Shown: in pieces, positions 19,102-28,314 of the stretch
Layout: each line of letters opens with the position of its first letter
How positions within the stretch are numbered: position 1 is the first letter of the stretch
Assembly (NCBI GenBank): GCA_036563505.1
Contig: DATCMH010000021.1
Coordinates: forward strand, 2,895 to 66,894
DNA from: Beijerinckiaceae bacterium
GTDB lineage: Bacteria > Pseudomonadota > Alphaproteobacteria > Rhizobiales > Beijerinckiaceae
Direction: 5' to 3'
Length of the DNA stretch: 64,000 nucleotides
Notes under the pieces: generated by a model
Seen by the model: only the letters and a program-made list of their open reading frames with translations
What the model was told of the DNA's origin: nothing
The model's database searches: none
Made by a program: the position numbers and the translations under genes

Positions 19102-20121
19102 ATGTCGATCACGAAACGCTGGTTCGTCGCCGGACTCGCCGCCCTGTTGGCCGGCCCGGCCTTCGCGGCCGCGCCCGAGAAGCTGAAAGTCACCCTGGGC
19201 GTCGGCGGCAAGCCGGTCCTCTACTACCTGCCCCTCACGATCGCGGAGCGCAAAGGCTTCTTCAAGGACGAGGGCCTCGAGGTCGAGATCAACGATTTCG
19301 CGGGCGGCGCCAAGGCGTTGCAGGCGCTGATCGGCGGCTCGGTCGACGTGGTGACGGGGGCCTACGAGCACACGATCCGCATGCAGGCCAAGGGCCAGGA
19401 CATCCGGGCCGTCGCGGAGCTCGGGCGCTTCCCAGGGATCGTCGTCGGCGTTCGCAAGGAGAAGGCGGGGCAGATCAAATCCGTCGCCGACCTGAAAGGG
19501 GCCAAGGTCGGCGTCTCCGCGCCGGGCTCGTCCACCGCGCTCACCCTGCAATACGCGCTCGTGAAGGCCGGCCTCAAAGCCTCCGACGTGGCGCTCATCG
19601 GCGTCGGCGCGGGGGCGGGCGCGGTCGCCGCCATGCAGCGCGGCGAGATCGACGCCATGTCGAATGCCGAGCCGATCATCTCCAAGGTCGAGCAGGACGG
19701 CCTCTTCGTCCCCCTCGTCGACACGCGCACCGAGGCCGGCACGCGGGCGCTCTTCGGCGGCTCGAACCCGGCGGCCTCGCTCTACATGCCGGGAAGCTTC
19801 ATCGAGAAGAACCCGGAGACGGTGCAGCGGCTCGTCAACGCCTTCGTGAAAACCCTTGCCTGGATGGAGAAGGCGACGCCCGAGGACATCGCGGCGGTGG
19901 TTCCGCCGGAATATCATCTGGGCGACAAGGCGCTCTACCTGCGCGCCGTTGCGGCCTCCAAGGACAGCTACTCGCGCAGCGGCATCGTCGCGCCGGAGGG
20001 CATGCGCAGCGTGCTTGAGATGCTTCGCACCCTCGACCCGGAGATCAAGGAAGCGTCCGTCGATCTGAACCGCACCTTCGACGACCGCTTCGTGAAGCGG
20101 GCGACCGCGGCCGGGAACTGA
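19102..20121 (+). CDS. Periplasmic ABC-type substrate-binding protein (NMT1/THI5-like, sulfonate/nitrate/taurine type), orphan
   Basis: Internal ATG 19102 gives the signal peptide MSITKRWFVAGLAALLAGPAFAAAP. SBP-like body. No permease or ATPase gene is adjacent. Confidence 0.78.
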   Translation: MSITKRWFVAGLAALLAGPAFAAAPEKLKVTLGVGGKPVLYYLPLTIAERKGFFKDEGLEVEINDFAGGAKALQALIGGSVDVVTGAYEHTIRMQAKGQDIRAVAELGRFPGIVVGVRKEKAGQIKSVADLKGAKVGVSAPGSSTALTLQYALVKAGLKASDVALIGVGAGAGAVAAMQRGEIDAMSNAEPIISKVEQDGLFVPLVDTRTEAGTRALFGGSNPAASLYMPGSFIEKNPETVQRLVNAFVKTLAWMEKATPEDIAAVVPPEYHLGDKALYLRAVAASKDSYSRSGIVAPEGMRSVLEMLRTLDPEIKEASVDLNRTFDDRFVKRATAAGN

Positions 20122-20132
20122 GGGTTTCAGCG

Positions 20133-20429
20133 ATGCTTGATCGCCTCAAGGCGCTGCTGGGCCTCGGCAGGGGCTCCTCGACCGCGGCCCCCACCGACGA
20201 TCGGCACGGGGAGGCTGTCGAGCACGACGGCTATCGCATCCAAGCCACGCCTTACCCGGCGAAGGGCGGCTTCCAGACCGCGGGCGTGATCGCGGATCCC
20301 GAGACCGGCCGCGAGCATCGCTTCGTGCGCGCCGAAACGCATCCGACCAAGGACGAGGCGGCGGCCTTCGCCGTCGCCAAGGCGAAGCAGATCATCCGCG
20401 AGCGGGGAAAGCGCTTGTTCGAGGGGTGA
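20133..20429 (+). CDS. Small conserved protein of the family annotated as HlyU-family regulator in Rhizobiales
   Basis: 98-aa ORF with core YRIQATPYPAKGGFQTAGVI...EHRFVRAETHPTKDEAAAFAVAKAKQIIRERG. The family name comes from memory of database annotations, not from a demonstrated function. Confidence 0.6.
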   Translation: MLDRLKALLGLGRGSSTAAPTDDRHGEAVEHDGYRIQATPYPAKGGFQTAGVIADPETGREHRFVRAETHPTKDEAAAFAVAKAKQIIRERGKRLFEG

Positions 20430-20433
20430 GGGG

Positions 20434-20735
20434 CCTTCCTTCTCCCCTCGCGGGAGAAGGTGCCCGGCGTGAGCCGGGCAGATGAGGGGGTGCTGGGCTT
20501 GGACCCATGCGGGTCAGAACGCCCCCACTGTCGTTCGCGGGCTTGACCCGCGAACCTCGGCGCGAAGGCCCGAGATCTCGAACCGAGATGGCCGGGTCGA
20601 GCCCGGCCATGACAGGGGTGGGGCGGAGAGGTGGCGATCGGCCTCTCGGCCGGGCGCGCGTGCCGCGCGCACCCCCCTCCCGACCCCGCTTCGCGGGGCC
20701 ACCCTTTCCCGCAAGGGGAGAGGGGATGACGCGGG
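20434..20735. repeat. Cluster of palindromic repeat units between convergent genes
   Basis: Contains ccttccttctcccctcgcgggagaaggtgcc..cagatgagggggtgctgggc, the ~110-bp unit (gtcgttcgcgggcttgacccgcgaac...gatggccgggtcgagcccggccatgac), then cacccccctcccgaccccgcttcgcggggccaccctttcccgcaaggggagagggg. Confidence 0.85.
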
Positions 20736-20740
20736 CGGGA

Positions 20741-22162
20741 TCAGGCGGTCTCGAGGCCCGCCGGGGCGCGACTTCCGGTCGGCACTCCCTTCTCACCCAA
20801 ATCCCAGTACAGCCCCGCCATCATCGCCAAGCCTTCGCGGGCGATCGCGACGGGCAGGTGTTCGTTCGGGGCGTGCTGGGAGCAGCCGGGATAGGAGTGC
20901 GGCACCCAAACGGTCGGCAGCCCGAGGATGTCCGAGAAGACGTCGTTCGGCAGCGATCCGCCGAGGTTGGGCAGGACCGCGGGGTTCTTGCCCGTCGATG
21001 CGGCGATGGAGGCCACGGCCCAGCGGACCCAGGGGTGGTCGGGGTCGAGGCGGGTCGCCGGGAACACCTCGTCCCGGGCCGGCGCGACTTGGACGTAGGC
21101 GAAGCCCTGCCGGTCGAGGTGGCGGCGGATGGCCGGCAGGATGTTGTCCATGTCGATGCCGACCACGAAGCGCAGCTGGCAGCGCGCCCAGGCCCGGGGC
21201 GGGATGGCGTTGACCGGCGTCGCCGGCGTGCCGCACTCGTAGGCCAGGACCTCGAGGGCGCACCAGCCGAACACCTTCTCAGGGCCCGTCAGGCCCGGCT
21301 CGCCCCAGGTCGGATCGATGACCGGCGCGCCCGGGCGCGTCTCGAGCTCGCAATCGGCGAGCGCCCGGCGCACGGAGGCGGGCACCTCGGGGGGCACCAG
21401 GTCCGGCACCCGGATCTGCCCCGTCGGGCCGACGAGAGAGGCCAGCGCATGGGCGAGCTGGATGCCGGGGTTCGAGAGGAGCCCGCCCCAGTTCCCGGAA
21501 TGGTGGCCGCCCTCGCGGGCGTCGATCCAGAGGTCGAAGGAGGCGCCGCCGCGGGCGCCGAGGAAGACGGTCGGCCGCTCCTGGTTCAGACGCGGCCCGT
21601 CCGAGGCGAGGAGCACGTCGGCCGCCAAGAGCTCGCGGTGGGCAAAGAAGAGGTCGCGCAAGCCCGGCGAGCCCACCTCCTCGCCCATCTCGATGACCCA
21701 TTTGGCGTTGAAGCCGAGCTTGCCGCGGGTCCGGAGCACCGCGTCGAGGGCCGCGAGGTGGATCGCGTGCTGGCCCTTGTTGTCGACGACCCCGCGGCCG
21801 TACCAGCGGTCGCCGCGCTCGGTCAGCGTCCAGGGCGAGAGGCCGGGCTCCCAGGAGGCGTCGAGGCCGCGGATCACGTCGCCGTGGCCGTAGCCCAGCG
21901 CGGTGACCCCCTCCGGATCCTCGATGCGCTCGGCGTAGAGAACGGGACCCCCGGCGCGATCCCGTTCGCCGAGGCGCCGGCAGGCGAATCCGAGGCGCTC
22001 GAAGGCGGGCTGCATCTCTTCGTCGAGGTAGCGCTCGAGATCACCCGCCCGGGCCGGGTTCTGGCTCTCCGTCGGGATCGCGACCCGGCGGGCGAGCTCG
22101 GCTCTGAAGGCGCCGGACGTGAAGTGGTCGAGGGCGCGGGCGATCGCGGCGTCGCGGGACAT
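20741..22162 (-). CDS. M20 family metallopeptidase (dipeptidase-like)
   Basis: 473-aa ORF with YGHGDV, GRGVVDNKGQ and GEEVGSPG motifs characteristic of M20/ArgE/DapE-type dipeptidases. Confidence 0.85.
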   Translation of the reverse strand: MSRDAAIARALDHFTSGAFRAELARRVAIPTESQNPARAGDLERYLDEEMQPAFERLGFACRRLGERDRAGGPVLYAERIEDPEGVTALGYGHGDVIRGLDASWEPGLSPWTLTERGDRWYGRGVVDNKGQHAIHLAALDAVLRTRGKLGFNAKWVIEMGEEVGSPGLRDLFFAHRELLAADVLLASDGPRLNQERPTVFLGARGGASFDLWIDAREGGHHSGNWGGLLSNPGIQLAHALASLVGPTGQIRVPDLVPPEVPASVRRALADCELETRPGAPVIDPTWGEPGLTGPEKVFGWCALEVLAYECGTPATPVNAIPPRAWARCQLRFVVGIDMDNILPAIRRHLDRQGFAYVQVAPARDEVFPATRLDPDHPWVRWAVASIAASTGKNPAVLPNLGGSLPNDVFSDILGLPTVWVPHSYPGCSQHAPNEHLPVAIAREGLAMMAGLYWDLGEKGVPTGSRAPAGLETA

Positions 22163-22182
22163 GGCGGGGTTCCGATTCGAGG

Positions 22183-22878
22183 TCAGGAGTGAACGACGCC
22201 GTCGAGCCAGCGCAGGAGGATCGGATCGGCGTAGTCGGCGATCACGGCAGTCGCGCCGGCCTCGACGAGGGTCTCTGGCGCTTGGCTCGTCGCCACGCCG
22301 AAGGTGAGGAGCGCTGCCCCCGAGGCAGAGCGCACGCCCGGCACGGAATCCTCGAAGGCGATGGCCTCATCGGGCGCGAGGCCGAGCCGGCGCAAAGCGA
22401 TCTGGTAGGGCTGGGGGTCAGGCTTAGGCCGCTCGGCATCCTCGCCGATCACCACCACGGGGAAGCGGGCGGCGAGGTCAAGCGCGTCCAGCATGTGGCG
22501 CGCGTTCTCGCCCGGCGCGTTGGTGACGCAGGCCAGGGTCAAGCCTTGCCGGCCAGCGCGGTCCAGGAGGTCGATGAGGCCGGCCAGCGGCGTCAAGTCG
22601 GTCGCGAGCGTCCGGAACAGGGCCTCCTTGTCGTCCGAGAAGCGGTCCTGCTCGGCAGGTGTCCGGTCAGGGAAGAGTGCCCGCCCGATCTCGGCGTTGG
22701 TGCGGCCCGAGATCGAGCGGCGGAACTCCTCCTCCGTCATGGTGCGGCCGAAGGGCGCGAGCGCCTCCGCGAAGGCCCGCAAGTGGACCGGGTCGCTGTT
22801 CGTGAGCGTCCCGTCCATGTCGAAGATCAGGGCTTTGAGGCGGCCGCGATAGGCCGCGGGGTCGGGCAGCCGACGCAA
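22183..22878 (-). CDS. HAD-superfamily hydrolase (beta-phosphoglucomutase-like subfamily IA)
   Basis: Motif I FDMDGTL, motif II VTNA, and motif III/IV K..P...EDS.PG. Confidence 0.85.
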   Translation of the reverse strand: MRRLPDPAAYRGRLKALIFDMDGTLTNSDPVHLRAFAEALAPFGRTMTEEEFRRSISGRTNAEIGRALFPDRTPAEQDRFSDDKEALFRTLATDLTPLAGLIDLLDRAGRQGLTLACVTNAPGENARHMLDALDLAARFPVVVIGEDAERPKPDPQPYQIALRRLGLAPDEAIAFEDSVPGVRSASGAALLTFGVATSQAPETLVEAGATAVIADYADPILLRWLDGVVHS

Positions 22879-22945
22879 CGCGAGACACTCGTGGTTCGTG
22901 ATCGATGCCGCCTCTTAACGGAGCCGGGCCGCCGGCCCAAGCTCT

Positions 22946-23620
22946 TCACGCCGAAGGCGCATGGCCCGCCTGCATCCAGCGCACGAGCGTGACGACGTCG
23001 TAGACGGGCAATCCCGTCGCTGTCGCGATCGCGGCGGCGTGGGGCGGGAAGTTGGTGCATTCGAGAACGAGGGCGCCGAGGGAGGGATGGGCCGCGGCCA
23101 GCGCCCGCGCCGCCGCGACCACTTCTGCCTCCCGGGTCGCGAAATTCGCCGGCGCGCCGCCAAGAATGTCGCGGCGCATCAGGCTGTCCGGGGAGAGCCC
23201 TCCGACCGGCGTCGCCGCGTCCGCCCCCGCCGCCGCGAGATGCGCCGGGCCGAGCGTCGTCGGGTCGAAGGTGAGGACACCGACGGGACGGCGGAGCAGC
23301 CGTGCCAGCCAAGGCACCTGAACCAGCGCCGAGGTCGCGACGGGCACGCTCACGGCGTCAGCCAGCGCGCTTTGATAAAGGACGAGGAAGCCGCAGCTCG
23401 TCGTGATGATCGAGGCGCCCCGCGCCTCGAGCCGGCGCGCTCCGGCGAGGAAGGGCGCGAGCAGGCTCTCGTCAGCGAGCGTCGTGACCCTCGCTGCGGT
23501 GGCGCCTTCGATGCGCTCGGACAGGACGGGTCCGGGCCAAGTCGCCGGGTGGCCGATGTCGCCCGGAAAGCGCTCGAAGGTGGTGTCGAGCATCAGAAGG
23601 CCGAGCGGCCCGTCACGCAT
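22946..23620 (-). CDS. Asp/Glu/hydantoin racemase-family protein
   Basis: 224-aa ORF. The TTSCGF and LECTNFPP segments resemble the paired Cys-containing motifs of Asp/Glu racemase-like enzymes. Confidence 0.65.
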   Translation of the reverse strand: MRDGPLGLLMLDTTFERFPGDIGHPATWPGPVLSERIEGATAARVTTLADESLLAPFLAGARRLEARGASIITTSCGFLVLYQSALADAVSVPVATSALVQVPWLARLLRRPVGVLTFDPTTLGPAHLAAAGADAATPVGGLSPDSLMRRDILGGAPANFATREAEVVAAARALAAAHPSLGALVLECTNFPPHAAAIATATGLPVYDVVTLVRWMQAGHAPSA

Positions 23621-23671
23621 GGCGCGACGGGCCGCTCGAACTATGGGCCGGGATCGTCACCGGCCGAAAAC

Positions 23672-24649
23672 TCACATCTTTTTGTAATCGTCGACGACCG
23701 CCTGACCGGCCGCTCCGGCTTTTTTAAGCCAATCGGCGGTGAGCTGCTCGCCGATCTTGCGAAAGCCTGCGGCGAGCTCGGCGCTCGGGGGCTGCACCTT
23801 CATGCCCTTGGCCTTGAGCTGGTCGAGGTACCAGCCCGCCTTCTCCTGCCACATCTTCCAGCCGCGCTCCTCGGCGGCGGCCGAGGCCTTCAGGATCGCG
23901 TCCTGTGTCGGCTTGTCGAGGGCGTCGAAGGCGGCCTTGTTCACGAAGGTGAGATTCTTCGGGATCCAGGCCTGCACGTCGTAGAAGTGGGTCAGGGTCT
24001 CCCAGACCTTGCTGTCATAGCCCGTGCCGCCCGAGGACATGAAGGAGTTGACGACGCCGGTGGCGAGCGCCTGCGGCAACTCGGCGGCCTGGATCGTCAC
24101 AGCCTGGGCGCCGATGATCTCGCCGATGCGCGCCGTCCCGACATTGTAGGAGCGCCACTTGAGGCCCTTCATGTCCTCGATCGTGTTGAGGTCCTTCTTG
24201 GCGTAGACGCCCTGCGGTGCCCAGGGCACGGCGAAGAGCAGCATCATGCCCTGGCTCGCGAGCTTCTTCTCCACCGCCGGCTTCTGGGCGGTCCAGAGCT
24301 TGCGCGCTTGGTCGAAGGACGTGGCGAGGAAGGGCACCACGTCGAGGCCGAAGATCGGATCCTCGTTCTCGTGAAGCGAGATCAGGACCTCGCCCATCTG
24401 CGCCTGGCCCGTCTGCACCGCGCGCTTGATCTCCGGCGCCTTGAACAGCGAGGCGTTGGCATGGACCGTGATCTGGAGCTTATCGCCGGTAGCGGCAGCG
24501 ACCTCCTTGGAGAAGATCGCCAGGTTCTCGGTATGCGGGTTGTCGCCGGGATAGGCGGCGGGCAGGTTCCACTTGGTCTGCGCGAGCGCCGGCAGGGCGG
24601 CCAGCGTTCCCGCGAGCACCAGTGCCGCGCGAAGCATCGTTTTCATCAT
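23672..24649 (-). CDS. dctP: TRAP transporter substrate-binding protein (DctP family)
   Basis: Start ATGATG at 24649 after GAGGGGAA. Signal peptide MMKTMLRAALVLAGTLAALPALAQ. DctP-like body. Confidence 0.88.
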   Translation of the reverse strand: MMKTMLRAALVLAGTLAALPALAQTKWNLPAAYPGDNPHTENLAIFSKEVAAATGDKLQITVHANASLFKAPEIKRAVQTGQAQMGEVLISLHENEDPIFGLDVVPFLATSFDQARKLWTAQKPAVEKKLASQGMMLLFAVPWAPQGVYAKKDLNTIEDMKGLKWRSYNVGTARIGEIIGAQAVTIQAAELPQALATGVVNSFMSSGGTGYDSKVWETLTHFYDVQAWIPKNLTFVNKAAFDALDKPTQDAILKASAAAEERGWKMWQEKAGWYLDQLKAKGMKVQPPSAELAAGFRKIGEQLTADWLKKAGAAGQAVVDDYKKM

Positions 24650-24716
24650 TTGTTCCCCTCGTTCTTGCAGCCCCGCATCGTCGGGGCCGTTCCGGGTCGA
24701 CCTTCGCATTCCCATC

Positions 24717-26024
24717 TCAATCGGGGAAGGCGAGCTTTGGTAGGGTCATGACGATGCTCGGGAACAGGGTGATCAGGGCCACCGCCGCCGTGAGCAGGAA
24801 GAAGAAGGGCAGGGCGGCGAGCGCCACGGTGTTCGAGTCCCGCCCCGACATCGTCTGCAAGACGAAAAGGTTGAAGCCGACGGGCGGCGAGACCTCCGCC
24901 ATTTCGACGACAAGCACCAGGAAGATGCCGAACCAGACGAGGTCGAAGCCCGCCTGCTTCACCATCGGGATCACCACCGCCGTGGTGAGGACGATCATGG
25001 AGATGCCGTCGAGCGCCGTGCCGAGCACGATGTACATGACGGTGAGCGCCGCGATGAGCGCGTAGGGCGAGAGCTTGAGGCCGTCGACCCAGGACGCGAG
25101 GGCCTGCGGGATGCCCGTATAGGCCATCGAGGTCGACATGAAGGAGGCGCCGGCGAGGATCAGCATGATCATGCAGGTGATCCGCGTCGTCCCCATCACG
25201 CTCTGCCAGAACGCCGCCCGCGTCAGCGAGCCCGACCACCAGGCGATGGCAAAGGACCCGAGAACGCCCCAGGCCGCGCATTCCGTCGCCGTCGCCCAGC
25301 CGAGCAGGAGCGAGAGGAAAACGAGCAGGATGAGCAGCGTGACAGGGATGAGGTTCGCCGATTCCCGCAGCTTCTCGCGCAGGCTCATCGCCGGCTCAGG
25401 CGGAGGCTGCTTGTCGGGGTTCGCCAGCGACCATACGGCGATGTAGCCCGAATAGAGCGCCATCACCAGAAGACCCGGCAGGAAGCCCGCCAGGAAGACC
25501 TGGATGATCGAGACGTTGGCCGCGACCGCGTAGACCACCATCGTGATCGAGGGCGGAATCAGGATCCCGAGCGTTCCGGCGCCGGCAAGCGATCCAAGGC
25601 TCACCATCTCGTCGTAGCCGCGCTTCTTGAGCTCCGGCAGGGCGATCTTGGCGACCGTGGCGCAAGTCGCGGCCGACGAGCCCGAGACGGACCCGAAGAG
25701 GCCGCAGGCGAGCACGTTCACGTGCATGAGTCGGCCCGGCAGCCAGTTGAGCCAGGGCGCGAGGCCGCGGAACATCTCTTCCGACAGCCGGGTGCGAAAC
25801 AGGATCTCGCCCATCCAGATGAACAGCGGGAGCGCTGCGAGCGTCCAAGACGCCGAGTTGCCCCAGATCGTGGTGGCGAGCACCGAGCCGGCCGGGATCG
25901 CGGCTCCGGCGAACTGCATGCCGACCCAGCCGCAGGCCATCAGCGCGATCGCGATCCAGACCCCGCCGGCGAGCAGGACCGTCAGCAGGGCCAGGATGAG
26001 AAGAGCGATCTGGAGCAACTCCAC
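24717..26024 (-). CDS. dctM: TRAP transporter large permease (DctM family)
   Basis: 435-aa polytopic membrane ORF with typical DctM length and sequence. Confidence 0.9.
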   Translation of the reverse strand: MELLQIALLILALLTVLLAGGVWIAIALMACGWVGMQFAGAAIPAGSVLATTIWGNSASWTLAALPLFIWMGEILFRTRLSEEMFRGLAPWLNWLPGRLMHVNVLACGLFGSVSGSSAATCATVAKIALPELKKRGYDEMVSLGSLAGAGTLGILIPPSITMVVYAVAANVSIIQVFLAGFLPGLLVMALYSGYIAVWSLANPDKQPPPEPAMSLREKLRESANLIPVTLLILLVFLSLLLGWATATECAAWGVLGSFAIAWWSGSLTRAAFWQSVMGTTRITCMIMLILAGASFMSTSMAYTGIPQALASWVDGLKLSPYALIAALTVMYIVLGTALDGISMIVLTTAVVIPMVKQAGFDLVWFGIFLVLVVEMAEVSPPVGFNLFVLQTMSGRDSNTVALAALPFFFLLTAAVALITLFPSIVMTLPKLAFPD

Positions 26025-26028
26025 CGCG

Positions 26029-26634
26029 TCAGACTCCGCTCTGGATGGCGCGCTCGACCACCTCTTCGGCGGTCGTGGCCGGCGGCTTCTCGTAGCGCGG
26101 ATCGCCGCCTCGGAGCACGTGGACGAACTCGTCGACGAAGGCGATGAACAGGATCACGAGCCCGCCCGCGTAACCGATTTGCGGGATCCAGAGCGGCATG
26201 GCCACGACGCCCTGCGCCATGTCGTCGAAGCGGTAGGAATCGATCGTCAGGCGCACCGCGTGCCAGGCGAAGAAGCCGACGAAGCCGAGGCCCAGCACCA
26301 GGGAGAAGACCTCGAAGGCCCGCCGCGCGCGGCCCTGGAAACGGTCGATCAGCAGACCGACCCGGATCATCTCGCCGGACTTGAAGGTGTGCGCCAGCCC
26401 GAGGAAGGCCATCGCCGCCATGCACCACGAGGCGAAGTCGTCGCCGGCGGGGATGTTCACGCCGATCTCGCGGCCGAGCGAGAGGCCCATCATCAGGAGG
26501 AAGATGAGGATCAGGAACCCGCCCGCGAGATAGCCGGCGAAGAGGTAGAGGCCATCGAGGGCGGCGCGCAACGGATGGCGCGGCGCAGGGTCGGGAGAAT
26601 GCATCGGATCCGGCGTGCAGGCGTGGGGCGGCAT
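26029..26634 (-). CDS. dctQ: TRAP transporter small permease (DctQ family)
   Basis: Four-TM ORF 4 nt upstream of dctM. The start is uncertain (26634 or 26604). Confidence 0.8.
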   Translation of the reverse strand: MPPHACTPDPMHSPDPAPRHPLRAALDGLYLFAGYLAGGFLILIFLLMMGLSLGREIGVNIPAGDDFASWCMAAMAFLGLAHTFKSGEMIRVGLLIDRFQGRARRAFEVFSLVLGLGFVGFFAWHAVRLTIDSYRFDDMAQGVVAMPLWIPQIGYAGGLVILFIAFVDEFVHVLRGGDPRYEKPPATTAEEVVERAIQSGV

Positions 26635-26720
26635 GAAAGCTTGCCGGCGCGTGGATCACAAGCGAAGCGGCGCCGGCCATTCGTCGAACGCACAAGCAAG
26701 CCGCGGGCCGTGGCGGACCC

Positions 26721-27326
26721 TCAGGCCTCCGGCGTCGCGGCGTCGGGGTCCCGAGCGGGCATGACGGCGTGGACCAGGCGTTCCGCCGCGAGCCCGATGC
26801 CGACGCCGACCGCGACATCGAGGGGATAGTGGGCGCCACGCGGCACCTGGGCGAGGCCGATGAAGGCGGCACTGGCATAGGCGGGCGCCCGCAGGTCCGG
26901 GTAGAACCGGGCGAAGGCCCGGGCGCAGGCGACGCTGCCCGCCGTATGCCCGGAGGGGAAGGATTGCCACGACCCCTTGTTGGGGCCGAAGGGGCGCACC
27001 TCGTATTGTCCCTCCTCGAGGAGCACGTGCGGGCGCGTCCGGGACAGCGAGCGCTTGAGGACGGTTTTGACCAGGATCGCGGCAAGGAGTGAGCCGAGCA
27101 TCGCGACGCCCGCCCGGGTCGCGCGACCGTTGCCGGCCACGAGCCCGTAGGCCATCACCCCACAGGAGAGCGCGGCGAGGGGCGGCTGATCGCCGACCTC
27201 ACTCAAGCGCCCGACGAGGCGGACGCCCGGGTGGTGGCGATGGCGCGCGAGACGGGCGGCGATGTCGACGTCGGCGCGCTCGACCGCCGCGACGGTTGAT
27301 GAACCAGCTCGATCGGTGGGGACCAT
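26721..27326 (-). CDS. PAP2-family phosphatase
   Basis: Acid-phosphatase motifs KRSLSRTRP ... PSGH ... PRGAHYPLD. Confidence 0.85.
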   Translation of the reverse strand: MVPTDRAGSSTVAAVERADVDIAARLARHRHHPGVRLVGRLSEVGDQPPLAALSCGVMAYGLVAGNGRATRAGVAMLGSLLAAILVKTVLKRSLSRTRPHVLLEEGQYEVRPFGPNKGSWQSFPSGHTAGSVACARAFARFYPDLRAPAYASAAFIGLAQVPRGAHYPLDVAVGVGIGLAAERLVHAVMPARDPDAATPEA

Positions 27327-27391
27327 GGCACGCCAACGTCCCGCATCAGGCTTGGTTCGCCCGTTCCTTCGATCTCGATGAGGCGCGAGCG

Positions 27392-27595
27392 TCAGGAGAC
27401 GCGGGCCGTGATCTCGCTCTCGCGCACGGCGCGCTCGCCCGACGTGGACGACTTGATGCGGTAGGAGACCTCGCCGGTCTGGTCGGCCGGCATCAGACGG
27501 GTGACCTCGTAGATGCCGCCCGCGTTGGAGCGGCTGTCCGAGAAGCCGGGGGAGTTGAGGCGGACGAGCTGCCGAACCTGATATTTATGCGACAT
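27392..27595 (-). CDS. Small conserved hypothetical protein (67 aa)
   Basis: ATG preceded by GGAGG at 8 nt. High GC3. No recognisable domain by eye. Confidence 0.65.
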   Translation of the reverse strand: MSHKYQVRQLVRLNSPGFSDSRSNAGGIYEVTRLMPADQTGEVSYRIKSSTSGERAVRESEITARVS

Positions 27596-27637
27596 GGATC
27601 TACCTCCAGCCCGCCGGGACAGGATTTCGTGGCGGGA

Positions 27638-27672
27638 TCAAACGAAAAGGCCGCCCCCGGACGGGGACGGCC
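27638..27672 (-). terminator. Rho-independent terminator of cspA
   Basis: Minus strand reads GGCCGTCCCC-GTCC-GGGGGCGGCC followed by TTTTCGTTTG, about 45 nt after the cspA stop. Confidence 0.75.
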
Positions 27673-27718
27673 TCGATCAGTCGGCGGCGCCGGATATGCC
27701 GCGCCTCGTCATCAGACG

Positions 27719-27928
27719 TTACGCCGTCTGGATGTTGTTGACGGCGATCTTGCCAGACCGGCGGTCCTCGGCGGTGTCGAAGGAGACCTTCTGGCCCTCG
27801 ACGAGGCCGCGCAGGCCGGCGCGCTCGAGCGCGGTGGCGTGAACGAACACGTCCTTGGAGCCATCCTCCGGCTGAATGAAGCCGAAGCCCTTCTGGTCGT
27901 TGTAGAATTTCACAGTGCCCGTGATCAT
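27719..27928 (-). CDS. cspA: Cold-shock protein (CspA family)
   Basis: [30 protein letters not shown] contains the RNP1/RNP2 motifs of the cold-shock domain. Confidence 0.95.
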   Translation of the reverse strand: MITGTVKFYNDQKGFGFIQPEDGSKDVFVHATALERAGLRGLVEGQKVSFDTAEDRRSGKIAVNNIQTA

Positions 27929-28087
27929 CGGGGTATTCCTTAGGCAGTTTACGATAAGTGGCGAGGACGAGCCGACGCGATGCGCGGCCCGCTCCCGAGC
28001 GGTCGAGGTTTGGAAGTGGAGTTCTGAACGCGCGCCCGGCTTCGCCTAAGCGGAACGGCCCGATATCCGGCCAAAAGTCGATGTCTT

Positions 28088-28116
28088 AACGTAAGCCCTC
28101 CGGCCTCCGATGACAA
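28088..28116 (-). promoter_or_regulatory. Candidate sigma70-type promoter of cspA with ~155-nt leader
   Basis: Minus strand reads TTGTCA-N17-TACGTT. Implies a long 5' UTR, as is typical of cold-shock genes. Motif match only. Confidence 0.3.
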
Positions 28117-28314
28117 GGAGGGCCCTGCATTTAGCCCTCGCGGCCCCCGCGGCCCGGCCTGGTGACGGCGCGCGTGGGAGCCGTGGCCGTTCATGTTGGG
28201 TTGAACTTCATTCAGGCAAAAGGCTGATGTCTCCGAGCGAAAGCTCTTCTCGACCCCGCCGTTGATGGTTCCGGCCCGCCTCAGAACGAGGCGCGTCCGA
28301 GGGAAGCCTGCCGC

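Noticed and set aside
20507-27085. Large alternative ORFs 20507..22192 (+), 22961..24751 (+), 25627..26829 (+) and 25982..27085 (-)
   Set aside because: All are antisense or out of frame relative to the M20, racemase-like, DctP/M/Q and PAP2 genes, which have family motifs or TM patterns. They are high-GC artefacts.
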